Shown: positions 20,834-30,932 of the stretch, piece after piece
How the letters are laid out: each line of letters starts with the position of its first letter
Position numbering within the stretch: the first letter of the stretch is position 1
Source of the DNA: Bacillus phage vB_BspM_Internexus
Reading direction: 5' to 3' (one strand)
Sequence record: MW749003.1
DNA length: 40,000 bases
The notes under the pieces: generated by a model
What the model was told of the DNA's origin: nothing
Seen by the model: the letters and a program-made list of their open reading frames with translations, nothing else
The model's database searches: none
Made by a program: the position numbers and the translations under genes

Positions 20834-21006
20834 TGGGAGTGAATGAAATAGAAAAAGAAATTAGATGGGTTGCTGATAATACTATCTTTACCCATTTTAC
20901 TTTTGGTATTCGTAATTTTAAGAAGATTCTAGAAGCTGTTTTAATTAAGTTAGATGGTCAATATGACACAAAATTAGTTCAAAATATAACTAGAGAAATT
21001 TCATAA
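20833..21006 (+). CDS. small hypothetical protein (57 aa)
   Basis: MGVNEIEKEIRWVADNTIFTHFTFGIRNFKKILEAVLIKLDGQYDTKLVQNITREIS; TAATG overlap with beta-C stop; not in ORF track. Confidence 0.6.
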   Translation: MGVNEIEKEIRWVADNTIFTHFTFGIRNFKKILEAVLIKLDGQYDTKLVQNITREIS

Positions 21007-21013
21007 TAAGAGA

Positions 21014-21052
21014 CGTATAATAGATGTGTGCCAGTTTCACATCTATTATACG
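21014..21052 (+). promoter_or_regulatory. long perfect hairpin (15-bp stem)
   Basis: cgtataatagatgtg-tgccagttt-cacatctattatacg. Confidence 0.7.
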
Positions 21053-21060
21053 CTATTAAA

Positions 21061-21148
21061 ATTACAGGAGGACATTATTAATATGTTTATTTCCTGTAAT
21101 AAAAAAGACACAATTTTGAGAGGAAGAGATATTTTATGGGGAATGTAG
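21061..21148 (+). promoter_or_regulatory. candidate regulatory leader: SD-sequestering hairpin plus 21-codon leader ORF
   Basis: ATTACAGGA (21061-21069) pairs with TCCTGTAAT (21092-21100); ORF 21083..21148 MFISCNKKDTILRGRDILWGM overlaps start of 21136 gene. Confidence 0.45.
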
Positions 21149-21543
21149 TAGAATTTAAAAGAAAAACAGAAAATGAAGAAGTAACCGTAGAAGAAATTCA
21201 ATTAGAATATGTTAAAAAGAAAATTTTAGATACATATGAATTAAAAGAAGAAGATATTATGGAAGTCGATGAAATGGTTAAAGTATATTTAGAACATCTA
21301 GAGAAAGGAGAGGTAATGGTCTTCTCAAGTAGTGAAGATGCTTTATCATTTGCTAATATTGTAATTAATCATCCAGAATTTAAAGATATTTCACATTTTA
21401 AAGTTACTCCTAATATTTCACGACTTTCAATGTTTTATGAACTAGAACCTGTAATGAAGAATTCTAATAAAAAGTATATCTTTCCATCAGAAGATAAATT
21501 TGTTCCATCTATTCACTATAGAAATATCAATGAAATTTTATAA
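21136..21543 (+). CDS. hypothetical protein
   Basis: 135-aa ORF, RBS agaggaagag. Confidence 0.7.
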   Translation: MGNVVEFKRKTENEEVTVEEIQLEYVKKKILDTYELKEEDIMEVDEMVKVYLEHLEKGEVMVFSSSEDALSFANIVINHPEFKDISHFKVTPNISRLSMFYELEPVMKNSNKKYIFPSEDKFVPSIHYRNINEIL

Positions 21544-21755
21544 TATTACATGAACTAGGAAGGGTTCACATTAATATTTATTAGAAATCATTACACTTAT
21601 ATTCTTTAAAATAGGAGGAAGAAAAATGTTGAGAAAGAAGGTATCCTTTATATGCTGTACAAAGATTATTTCATTATGAAGAAATAATTGAAAGACGAGA
21701 TAATACTATTAAAGAACTAAAATTAAAAATTAAGAGATTAGAGGAGAATTAAATT

Positions 21756-21992
21756 ATGGGAAAAGAAGTAACATTTGAGATAGTAAAAGAATTAGGAGTA
21801 CTTTCAGAAGGTAAAAATGGTTGGACAAAGCAGGTTAATATTATTAAATGGAATAATGGAAAACCTAAATTAGATATTCGGGATTGGAATGAAGACCGAA
21901 GCAAGATGGGTAAAGGAATTACATTAAATTATGATGATGTTCAATTATTATTTGACATTTTAGAAGATTGTAAAGATGATATTGATATCTAA
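21756..21992 (+). CDS. PC4/YdbC-family ssDNA-binding protein
   Basis: FEIVKELGVLSEGKNGWTKQVNIIKWNNGKPKLDIRDWNEDRSKMGKGITLNYDDVQLLFDIL. Confidence 0.85.
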   Translation: MGKEVTFEIVKELGVLSEGKNGWTKQVNIIKWNNGKPKLDIRDWNEDRSKMGKGITLNYDDVQLLFDILEDCKDDIDI

Positions 21993-22037
21993 TTGATATC
22001 AATATCTCTTATTACAAAATTAGGAGGATAATTTAAA

Positions 22038-22319
22038 ATGGAAAAACAATATTTTTTAGAATTCGTTCACAACACTATTAAAGAAAATCCTGATTGGTTG
22101 GGAGAGACAGTTCTTTATATGCAGGATGGTCTTAAAAGATCATTAGAAGAAGAAAGACAAAAAAGAAATGATGCTGAATATGCATTAGTAATGGCATATG
22201 ATATGTTAAGCGAGAAAAAATTAAATAGCCGCCCAGCCAATCATATTGCTATTAAGAAAGTATTAAAAAATAGTTCTGCTTTTCAAGGTACTGCTTTTGT
22301 AGAAGAATTAGATGTATAA
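22038..22319 (+). CDS. hypothetical protein
   Basis: 93-aa ORF, RBS aggagg. Confidence 0.65.
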   Translation: MEKQYFLEFVHNTIKENPDWLGETVLYMQDGLKRSLEEERQKRNDAEYALVMAYDMLSEKKLNSRPANHIAIKKVLKNSSAFQGTAFVEELDV

Positions 22320-22383
22320 TATAGGAAATAATTTCAATATAAATGAAATATAGCAACAAAAAATTTTAAAGGAGGAATCAACA

Positions 22384-25027
22384 TTGGATAAACTTAAAAT
22401 TCAGAAATTCATTATAAGTCTTAAACAAAAGAAAAATTTGAGTGCAGAAAAATTAGAAGAGGTCAAATCATTTCTAGATAAGGCTTCAGAAGCCTATTAT
22501 AACACTGGGCAAGAAATCTTATCTGATGATGAATTTGATGCCATTGCCAGAGAATTTAAACGTTTAGGTGGTAAATTAGATGTAGGTGCTAATCCACCTA
22601 AAGGAAAAGGAACAGTAGATGTATCTCATACATTTGCTGAGTTAGTTGGTACATTAGATAAAACAAATTTTATTTATGAAAAGAACGTTGATGATCCAAG
22701 CAAGAAGAGTGTAGAAGAATGGCTAAACAATATTATCAAAAAGTTAGGGAATGATAAAGAATTTAGTCTAGGTATCAGTTTTAAATTTGATGGTAATTCG
22801 GTTGTTATTGAATATAAAGATGGAAAAGTAGTTAGAGCATTAACAAGAGGTAGAAATGGTCTAGGAATGGATTTAACTCATGTCTTTAAAGATCATAATA
22901 TTAAAAGAAAAGATCATGTAGGAATCAAATATGAAATCATTATTCCTTGGAAACGTTATGAAGACTTAATGAAAGATACTGGTGTATCATATGCTAATCC
23001 TAGATCATTAGTATCTGGTAAATTAGGTGACGATAATGCTTATGAGTATTATAAATATATGGAATTAGTTCCATTATGGGTAAAACCTTACAATTCAACA
23101 ATGGAAAGAACTGAACAGCTAGAATTTATTGAAGAAGCATTTGGGGAAGATAATAGTTTATTCAGTGATTATAGATTGATTGAAGGAGTAACAGGAAATA
23201 ATTTAACTCCTTTTATGGAAGAATTAGAAGATATGTATGAAAAATATAATATTGAAAGATATAATCTTCCATTTATGATAGATGGTTTAGTTATTGAAGT
23301 ATTAGAGGAAGATATTAGAAATACATTAGGGTATGTAAATGATGAACCTAACTGGGCGACTGCTTTAAAATTCCCTTATATGGAAAAAACTACTACTGTA
23401 ACTGATTTTGATTTTACATTAGGTGACTCAGGAATTATTACTGCAAGAGTCTGGTATGAACCAGTAACTTTTAATGGAACTGAACACCGAAAACAATCTC
23501 TTCAGAACTATAAGAGATTTAAAGAGTTGGGTTTAGGAATTGGTAGTCAAATCTTGGTTCAATATCGTAAATAAATTGCGATTCATATCAGTAATGATAT
23601 GTCTAAACTCTCTTAATTGCTGGGACACCCTTAGAGCCTATTAAACTAAAACGTAACTGGTAACGGTAAGCGTGAATGTTTTAAAAATTAATAGGATTGG
23701 GCAATCAGCAGCTGTCAAACATTAATGGACGAAATTTTTTATTGGAATATGACGGACATTATCATAAAACTGGTTGGAAAGGAAATCCTAAAAGTAAAGA
23801 AATAGTAGAAAAACATGATATGACCAAAAATATTTTCTGTCTAAAGAATAATATTTTTCTTTATCGAATTCAATCAGACAAAGAAACAAATGAACAAAAA
23901 ATACTTAATGAGTTAAATTTAATGTTTGGTAGTTCAACGACTATCGAAAATCTTAAAAAAGATGAGTAGAGTACCCCACAAGCGATTGGTGGCATAATTC
24001 TGGAATGAATTATGGTATGGAATACTCCATATTGGGAAACAGAGAGTACCCTAAGAAGAATTATTAATTAAATTATTAGGGTATTGATATAGTCTCAACT
24101 TTAGGGAAACCTAAAGCAGTTCAAAAAGAACGGTATGAATCTAGCGAATTCATATGAAGTATATTGAATGATTGTCTTACCTATGTTGTTCCAATTTTAA
24201 ATGAACACAATAAAAATATCGCTCCTCACCCTTATACTGATAAATGTCCAGTATGTGATGGTGAAGTTGGGATTACTAAAACTGGTGCTTTCGCCTATTG
24301 TAAGAATGAAACATGTGAAGGTAAAACAGTAGGTAAAATTCAGAACTATTTAACTAAGATGGATATTAAAGGGATTAAAGAATCAACTATTGTCAAACTT
24401 CATAATGCAGGATTAGTAAAAAGTATCACTGATCTTTATACAATGGATTATGGAAAGATTGCTGAAGTAGACGGTTTAGGAGCAATTGCTTCAATTAATA
24501 TTAGTGGTGCTATCAATAGTAAAATTCCATATGACTATGAAATTATTGGTGCATTAGGTATTAGTAGTTTTTCTACATCCAAAGCTAAAGAACTTTGTAA
24601 AGTATTTTCTGTTCAAGAAATGCTTGATATACTTGAGTGTTACTATCCTGAAAATCTAATTAACAGTATTACTCAACAAGAAGGATTTTCTGATATTACC
24701 GCTAACTATATTGTGGAAGGCTTACAAAAGAATAAAGAAACTATTGAATTTTTATTAAAAAGAGAACACAAAGTCTTTAAAACAGAATATGAAAAAATGG
24801 CTGGAGTACAAGCTATGAAAATTGTTTTTACTAACTTCCGTGATGAAGCAATGCAAATTCAATTAGAGATGGCTGGTCATAAAATTACAAGTGCAGTCTC
24901 AAGAAAAACTAATATTGTCGTAACCCCTAATCCAAACGGAAATACAGTTAAATTAAAGAAAGCAAGAGAATATGGAATTCGAATTGTAAGTGTAGATGAG
25001 TTTAAAGAAGAAATGGGAATTAGCTAA
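22384..25027 (+). CDS. ligA: NAD-dependent DNA ligase; spliced join(22384..23568,24167..25027), predicted 681 aa
   Basis: YYNTGQEILSDDEFDAI, SFKFDGNSVVIEYKDGKVVRALTRGRNGLGMD, YANPRSLVSGKL, WATALKFP, Cys4 (CPVCDGEV...YCKNETC), HhH region and C-terminal BRCT-like domain; junction VQYR|NDCLTYVVP. Confidence 0.94.
23569..24166 (+). ncRNA. group I intron in ligA (598 nt)
   Basis: P1 AUCGU|...GCGAU with U.G; hairpin catatcagtaatgatatg; P ttaattgctgggacaccc; Q ggcaatcagcagc; R ttcaacgactatcg; S gatatagtctc; terminal G 24166. Confidence 0.94.
23697..23969 (+). pseudogene. short remnant of EDxHD-type homing endonuclease in ligA intron
   Basis: NGRNFLLEYDGHYHKT...EIVEKHDMTKNIFCLKNNIFLYRIQSD keeps the LEYDGxxH core but has no N-terminal Cys repeats; ORF starts inside intron element Q and ends past element R. 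Confidence 0.7.
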
Positions 25028-25035
25028 TATAAAAT

Positions 25036-25069
25036 AAAGAGATTCTATTATAGAATCTCTTTATTTTTT
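25036..25069 (+). terminator. intrinsic terminator between convergent genes
   Basis: agagattctatta/tagaatctct stem followed by T-run. Confidence 0.8.
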
Positions 25070-25875
25070 TAATTTACCATGGATATAATAGCACCATTAA
25101 TGGATGATACAACCTTAGATAGAGATGCTAGTATTTTAGAATTAAGTTTAATTAATTCTGAGTGAACATGAATGGAACTTGATCCAATGAGATAACTTAA
25201 TTCATAGTTATCCATTCTTGAAATTCTTTCTTTAATTACAGAAAGATTATCTTTTAATTCTTTCATTGTTCCTTCCACTTCAGCAATATTTTTATAAGAT
25301 AATTTTAAGAATGTTAATAGTTTATCAATATCTTTTGTAGTATAAGATGAACTACTCTTATTATCAAGTTTTTCACCAATTGATCGACTTAAACCATCTA
25401 AAGATACGTCCATAGATGTTTTAAGAATACTAAATTGAGAAGGATCAGTAATGGTGGACATTCGATTATGACTATCCATTAGTTTTTTATAATAAGGATC
25501 ATCTGAAAATGAACTAATAGTTTTTAATATTTTATCTGGATCAATTTCAATTGTAACTTTCTTCCCACTTGTAAAGTCACTTTCATGAATCTTCTTTTCC
25601 AATTCTGATGTCTTTTTGGCTAATTTAGAAGCAAATTTCTTAAGCTGTGTATTAATCCATTCTTTTATCCTCTGGATCAGTTCAGACAATTTTTTGATGA
25701 TCTTTTTTAATCCATTAGATAAACCTTCATTAAGTAATTCGGTATTCTCATTAATTAAGTTATTATGATGCTTGATAATTAAATTTTTTTCGTCAAGATT
25801 CATTTCATTAATTAAGTTCATTAAGAAAATGTTCTCTTCATTTAGACTAATAAGAAAGTCGGTTGTTAAGTCCAT
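25069..25875 (-). CDS. hypothetical protein, possible head-internal protein
   Basis: 268 aa, helical; LLNE|GLSNGL at residues 47-56. Confidence 0.7.
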   Translation of the reverse strand: MDLTTDFLISLNEENIFLMNLINEMNLDEKNLIIKHHNNLINENTELLNEGLSNGLKKIIKKLSELIQRIKEWINTQLKKFASKLAKKTSELEKKIHESDFTSGKKVTIEIDPDKILKTISSFSDDPYYKKLMDSHNRMSTITDPSQFSILKTSMDVSLDGLSRSIGEKLDNKSSSSYTTKDIDKLLTFLKLSYKNIAEVEGTMKELKDNLSVIKERISRMDNYELSYLIGSSSIHVHSELIKLNSKILASLSKVVSSINGAIISMVN

Positions 25876-25974
25876 AACTATAAACCTCCAATTTTATACT
25901 TTTTATTAAATTGTTCTAATAGAAATATAAATATATATTATTATACTGATCAAATTGTAAAGGAGAGAATTTTA

Positions 25975-26178
25975 ATGAGTTTATCTGATTCTATTGGAGC
26001 TGGAAGAGTAACAAAATTGGATAAGGATGAATTAAGAAGAGAACTTGAAAAATTCTATAATACTTCTAATCATCCCAAAAGAGAAAAATTATTTGAACTT
26101 GCTTGGGAATATGGTCATGCTCATGGCAGTCGTGAAGTGGATTTTTACTATGATGATTTAATTGATCTTATTCGATAA
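25975..26178 (+). CDS. small hypothetical protein
   Basis: 67-aa ORF, RBS aaaggagag. Confidence 0.65.
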   Translation: MSLSDSIGAGRVTKLDKDELRRELEKFYNTSNHPKREKLFELAWEYGHAHGSREVDFYYDDLIDLIR

Positions 26179-26193
26179 AAAGGAGAGAATAAA

Positions 26194-26340
26194 GTGAAAG
26201 AAAAAATCGGTATACTTTTAGAGAAGATTAAAGATATGAACATTAATTTTAATCATGGCGGAGTAAATCTAGTTATTAACGAAGAAGGATTTAAATTAAA
26301 TGTTGCTAAGAAGGAACAAAAGAAATTAGAGAATAAATAA
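26194..26340 (+). CDS. small hypothetical protein (48 aa, GTG start)
   Basis: MKEKIGILLEKIKDMNINFNHGGVNLVINEEGFKLNVAKKEQKKLENK; RBS aaggagag. Confidence 0.5.
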   Translation: MKEKIGILLEKIKDMNINFNHGGVNLVINEEGFKLNVAKKEQKKLENK

Positions 26341-26352
26341 TTGGGAAATGAA

Positions 26353-26384
26353 AAATTAGGGAAGAATATTCTTCCCTAATTTGT
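26353..26384 (+). terminator. intrinsic-terminator-like hairpin
   Basis: aaattagggaagaatattcttccctaattt. Confidence 0.65.
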
Positions 26385-26413
26385 TTATACTAATATAAAA
26401 AGGAGGTTAATGT

Positions 26414-26953
26414 ATGTCTATTAAAAGACAAGATGTAATTGACCAACTATGGGAAAGAAGATCAAATGATTATGTACTTAAAGATGATAAAGAAGAATTT
26501 GAGCTTGATGAAATAGTAAAAGTAACACACCGTCATCAAATTTTTGAAAAAGATCTTCATGATGTTGAATTTAAGTTACAGCATCTACTTGAAAGAAGTA
26601 TTACATGTCCTATATGTCAGCCTAACACTCAGCATGAAGCTGGTGTAAAAGTCTTAAGAGATTATTTTAAGAATAAACTTCAATTGGCAGATGAAGAAAT
26701 TCAGGAAAAGGCTATTGAAACCGATAAAGGACATGTATTCGATTTTCTAATATTTGATCGTTTAGTAATACATTATTTTGACCCATCTTATTATATAAAC
26801 TTTACAAGAGAATCAGATGAAATGGTAGATTTAATGGCAGAATTTGTTGATTCAGATGATTATGATTTACTCCCAGTAAACTATGCTAATATTACCAATA
26901 TCTTAGCAGGGGGAGATTTAGATTTAAATCCAGATGAAGATGATGAAGAATAA
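26414..26953 (+). CDS. hypothetical protein
   Basis: 179 aa, acidic C-terminus, CPICQPNTQH segment. Confidence 0.7.
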   Translation: MSIKRQDVIDQLWERRSNDYVLKDDKEEFELDEIVKVTHRHQIFEKDLHDVEFKLQHLLERSITCPICQPNTQHEAGVKVLRDYFKNKLQLADEEIQEKAIETDKGHVFDFLIFDRLVIHYFDPSYYINFTRESDEMVDLMAEFVDSDDYDLLPVNYANITNILAGGDLDLNPDEDDEE

Positions 26954-27006
26954 CAGAAGGTTTATTTGAACCTTCTGTTATATTTATTTAAAGGAGAGAG
27001 GATTAG

Positions 27007-27810
27007 ATGATTACTAAGAGACAGATTGAAAGAGTATTCAAAGTTGCTCTACAGGAACAAGGAAAGAAAAATGATTACATAAGAGAAATTGCAAGAAGTT
27101 ATAAAGGACATTTTAAGACATTTAACTTTTCTGATTTTGAAAATTTTGCAAAAAATTTGGATGATAAAATGTATGAGAGAGCATTCAGAAAATTTAAAAA
27201 GAACTTTAAGGATGATACACTAGAGTTATATCTTCCTTTTGATAATATGGAAATTATATTTAATAATGGAGATGGTTTAGTTCCGCTAGGTAAGAAAGAA
27301 AGATATGAGATTATTAGAATTTTCATTACAAAAATTAAAGGAACTATTTATATTACTTCACATATTCTTGATAATGAAGAAAAGAAATTATACAATAATT
27401 ATATTACTTTAGAAAATGGTATTCTTGGAGGGATTCATGGTGAAGGAATGTTATCTGATAATTTAGCATCATTTGATTTATTTGTAAATTTAATGGTATG
27501 GTTAGATTATATCAATGGAAGTTACAGTGTAAAAATTATTGACAATAAGAGTCTTCCAAGAGAAGAGAGAAGACGTGTTAAAAGGGAATATCAAAAGACA
27601 AGTGGCACTATTAATTTAAACTCAAAAGAATTAATTAAAAGATATATTAGGGAAAAAGAATCAAATAAAAGAGGTAATAAAATCACCAAGCAATTTGAAG
27701 TCAGAGGTCATTGGGTACACCGTAAAGATGGAACTAAATATTGGAGAAGAGGTTATGTAAAGGGTAAACATTTAGAAGAAAAAACAAATAAAGATTATAA
27801 TATTAACTAG
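27007..27810 (+). CDS. hypothetical protein with C-terminal HWVHRKDGTKYWRRGYVKG motif
   Basis: 267-aa ORF, RBS aaaggagag. Confidence 0.7.
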   Translation: MITKRQIERVFKVALQEQGKKNDYIREIARSYKGHFKTFNFSDFENFAKNLDDKMYERAFRKFKKNFKDDTLELYLPFDNMEIIFNNGDGLVPLGKKERYEIIRIFITKIKGTIYITSHILDNEEKKLYNNYITLENGILGGIHGEGMLSDNLASFDLFVNLMVWLDYINGSYSVKIIDNKSLPREERRRVKREYQKTSGTINLNSKELIKRYIREKESNKRGNKITKQFEVRGHWVHRKDGTKYWRRGYVKGKHLEEKTNKDYNIN

Positions 27811-27925
27811 GAGGATTAATATTTGTTAATCAATAGTTATGTATTATTTAGAGATATCATTTTAGGAATGCAATCTGGTTATAATGTAGTAGAAATAATT
27901 ATAAATTATATTGCGGGAGAAAAAT

Positions 27926-28171
27926 ATGGAAAAACCAATTTTGGTACTTCTAGAAGGTGAGTATCACCGTAGAAAGAATATATTAGTAACTACTAATGTA
28001 AGAAAAGTTGCAAGAGAATATATAAATTTATTATTAGAAGATGATTGGTTAAATTATCCACATGTAGAAATATGGAAAAACGGAGAAGAAATAAAATATT
28101 TTGATGAAAGAATTAAAGACGAAAAAAAGTTAGTAAAGATATTAAGTAAATATGCATATAACGATGCATAG
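27926..28171 (+). CDS. small hypothetical protein
   Basis: MEKPILVLLEGEYHRRKNILVTTNVRKVAREYINLLLEDDW; ATG 27926 preferred to track start 27911. Confidence 0.6.
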   Translation: MEKPILVLLEGEYHRRKNILVTTNVRKVAREYINLLLEDDWLNYPHVEIWKNGEEIKYFDERIKDEKKLVKILSKYAYNDA

Positions 28172-28177
28172 AGTTAA

Positions 28178-28217
28178 AAAGTAATCATAGTAGATATAAG
28201 TCTACTATGATTACTTT
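28178..28217 (+). terminator. bidirectional intrinsic terminator
   Basis: aaagtaatcatagtaga-tataag-tctactatgattacttt between convergent genes. Confidence 0.75.
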
Positions 28218-28226
28218 ATTTTAAAT

Positions 28227-28523
28227 TTATTTTTTTAAAGGTTCTTGAAGGTGCTTTTTAAGTGTATCAAAAGTTTTAAATGAAGCTCGGCGTGAAGCAG
28301 GAATTGTCATAGGTTCACGAGTACTAGGGTTATGTCCTTCATAAGATTCACGATAAGTTACAGTGAATTTACCAAGTTTAGGAATAGAAACAGTTGTTTC
28401 TTGTTCTTTGTTAACTTCTTTGTAGATCAATCCTACAAAAGCATTAAACATTTCCTCAGCTTGTTTTTTAGTAACTCCCGATACTTCTTCTTTAATATGT
28501 TGTGCGATTTGATTGACATTCAT
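28227..28523 (-). CDS. HU/IHF-family DNA-binding protein
   Basis: MNVNQIAQHIKEEVSGVTKKQAEEMFNAFVGLIYKEVNK...VSIPKLGKFTVTYRESYEGHNPSTREPMTIPASRRASFK. Confidence 0.92.
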   Translation of the reverse strand: MNVNQIAQHIKEEVSGVTKKQAEEMFNAFVGLIYKEVNKEQETTVSIPKLGKFTVTYRESYEGHNPSTREPMTIPASRRASFKTFDTLKKHLQEPLKK

Positions 28524-28868
28524 TATAATGTCCTCCTTAGAATTTATAATTTTTATTTTATCCTAAATCAATATCTTCTAAACAAGATTCTGATTAAGAA
28601 TTTTTCTATAAATTTGTTCTAGAACCCACATATATTTTTTAATTTTTTCGAAAAATATATAGGGGAGAACTATAGAAATTTATTTATATATTTGTTACAT
28701 GCAAATTATAATATTTAAAAAGTTATGAAAATATATATTATTTATAAGATAAAATAAGTAATTAAAGGAGGTGTTTAAAATGTAAATTATATTAAAATCG
28801 GTATAATAGAAAGAGAGAATTTAAATTGGGAATATACAAGTAATACAAAAATTAGGAGGAATTTCAAC

Positions 28869-29123
28869 ATGACAAATTTATCTGACATCATTAAAAAAGA
28901 AACAGGAAAAGAATTAGTAATTCAAGAATCAATTTTAATGACACCTGAAGAAATAGAGGAAGTAATTGGGAATAAGCCAGAAAGTGATATTTTAGTTCAT
29001 ACTGCTTATGATGAAAGCACAGATGAAAATGTAATGCTATTAACTTCAGATGCTCCAGAATATAAACCTTGGGCTTTAGTAATTCAGAATAATAATGGAG
29101 AAAATAAAATTAAAATGCTATAA
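28869..29123 (+). CDS. small hypothetical protein
   Basis: 84-aa ORF. Confidence 0.6.
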   Translation: MTNLSDIIKKETGKELVIQESILMTPEEIEEVIGNKPESDILVHTAYDESTDENVMLLTSDAPEYKPWALVIQNNNGENKIKML

Positions 29124-29375
29124 GTATAAATATTAGTATATAGGAATATTCCTATATACTAATATTTCTTTAATAAAAAAATCTATTTTTATTTCCATTT
29201 TATTGGATTTTATGTTATAATAAATAGAGAACCAAAAAACTATTTTCCTAACTTTTTATGTGAACTCATAAAAATATAATATAGGTTTTGATAGGTAATA
29301 ATATAAAATTAATATTATTATATATTAATTTTTAATAAAATAATTATATAATAATATTATAGGAGGAAAACATTT

Positions 29376-30866
29376 GTGATCAGTAATTTTAGAAAGTTTC
29401 ATGGTAATAAGAATCAAGAAAAATTTAATGAAAATCTTATTCTTAATAAGGAAAATGAAAGTATTTTAAATTATTTAGATCCTATTTGTAAAACATTAGA
29501 GATTATTCCAGAGATTACATATCTTGGATCATCTGTAGAACCAATTAATAAAGTATATAAGTTTAATAAAGAAGAAAAGACTTCTGATATTGAACGCTCA
29601 GAACTACAATTAATTAAAATGTCCTTCCTTATTGAAAAAGATGATAAGAAAGAAGAAATAAATAAATTTATTTACTTTCCAAAATTAATTGATTCACAGT
29701 ACTTTATTATTAACGGCAATAGATATTATCCAATCTATCAATTACTTGATAGTGGTACTTATCGTACTAATAAGGCTCTCACACTTAAAACATTACTTAT
29801 GCCAATTGTTCTAAGAGAAAAGAAAGAGACATTTGATGATATTAACGGTGAAACACATACAATGTTAAATGTTGATCTTGATTTATTTAAGAGTAAAGTT
29901 CCATTCTTAATATATTTCTTCTCTAAATTTGGATTTGAAGGAACTCTTGAATATTTTGGTTTACAAGATTTAATTCATGTCTTAATGAAAGAAGATTTAG
30001 ATCAATTGGATGAAGATGAACTTAATGATAATGTAATTTTTATGATTACTAAAAATATTTCCTTAGTTGTTGATAAGAATTTCTTTAGTAATAAAAATAA
30101 TCAGATTATTATTGCCACATTACTTAACTGCTTTAATACTAGAATTAAAATTGATAAGATTTATGAAAAAGATTATTGGGTGAAGAAACTCGGTGGTTAC
30201 TTTACTACTAATAATAGTAATAAGCAAGAAAAAGGAGAAGGAATTATTCTTTCATTTGAACGTATTCTTGATGAATGGACTAAGAAAATTTTGCGTACAG
30301 AGGAAAAGAATAAGGAAGATATTTATTCAGTAGTTAGATGGATGATTAATAATTATCTTGCTTTAGTAAAACAAGATAACATGAACTTGGCTAATAAGAG
30401 AATCAGACTATATGAGTATCTCTTACATCCATTACTAATCAAATTCAGTAAAGGTACTTATCGTGTTTTAAATAATCGTAATTCTAATAAGTTTGAGAAG
30501 ATTAAAACGATTTTTAGTAACATCCAAGAAGGTTTCCTAGTAAAGAAAATTATCAATAATGAATTATTACGTTATGATAATAGTGTAAATAGCATTAGTC
30601 TTTTCACACTAATTCTAAGATATACACAATCTGGTCCACAGAGTCCTTTTAGCTCTAATAGTACAAACAATAAACTTAGAGGACTTCATCCATCTTACTT
30701 AGGGAGATTAGGTTTAACTTCTACTTCTGCTGGTGATCCAGGAGCCAGTGGTTCTTTGACTCCTTTCTTAGAACTTCCTGAGAATAGTTATATGCATTTT
30801 ACAGAAGAACCAGAAATTAATTTGAATATTGATGATATCTCAATTGATGAAGTTATTGAATCTTAA
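29376..30866 (+). CDS. DNA-directed RNA polymerase beta subunit, N-terminal half
   Basis: YFIINGNRYYPIYQLLDSGTYRT (protrusion/INGxE-like region) and LRYTQSGPQSPFSSNSTNNKLRGLHPSYLGRLGLTSTSAGDPGASGSLTPFLEL, resembling RpoB RRLSALGPGGL...[22 protein letters not shown]. Confidence 0.85.
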   Translation: MISNFRKFHGNKNQEKFNENLILNKENESILNYLDPICKTLEIIPEITYLGSSVEPINKVYKFNKEEKTSDIERSELQLIKMSFLIEKDDKKEEINKFIYFPKLIDSQYFIINGNRYYPIYQLLDSGTYRTNKALTLKTLLMPIVLREKKETFDDINGETHTMLNVDLDLFKSKVPFLIYFFSKFGFEGTLEYFGLQDLIHVLMKEDLDQLDEDELNDNVIFMITKNISLVVDKNFFSNKNNQIIIATLLNCFNTRIKIDKIYEKDYWVKKLGGYFTTNNSNKQEKGEGIILSFERILDEWTKKILRTEEKNKEDIYSVVRWMINNYLALVKQDNMNLANKRIRLYEYLLHPLLIKFSKGTYRVLNNRNSNKFEKIKTIFSNIQEGFLVKKIINNELLRYDNSVNSISLFTLILRYTQSGPQSPFSSNSTNNKLRGLHPSYLGRLGLTSTSAGDPGASGSLTPFLELPENSYMHFTEEPEINLNIDDISIDEVIES

Positions 30867-30894
30867 TTATAATACTTGGGAGGAAAAATTACAA

Positions 30895-30932
30895 AAAGCC
30901 ATACTAATTAGTATGGCTTTATTTTTTTTTTT
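30895..30932 (+). terminator. intrinsic terminator after RNAP beta-N gene
   Basis: aaagccatactaattagtatggcttt followed by long T-run. Confidence 0.88.

Noticed and set aside
19184-20895. Minus-strand ORFs 19184..19396 and 20416..20895
   Set aside because: Antisense to endonuclease and RNAP beta-C coding sequence, no supporting features.
24164-24166. TTG at 24164 as start of a separate ligase C-terminal gene; similarly TTG at 34395 for the protease
   Set aside because: Both TTG triplets contain the intron's terminal G and are splice-site by-products.
28332-28622. 96-aa plus-strand ORF antisense to HU gene
   Set aside because: Mirror of a well-supported HU-family gene; low-complexity Phe/Ile-rich translation.
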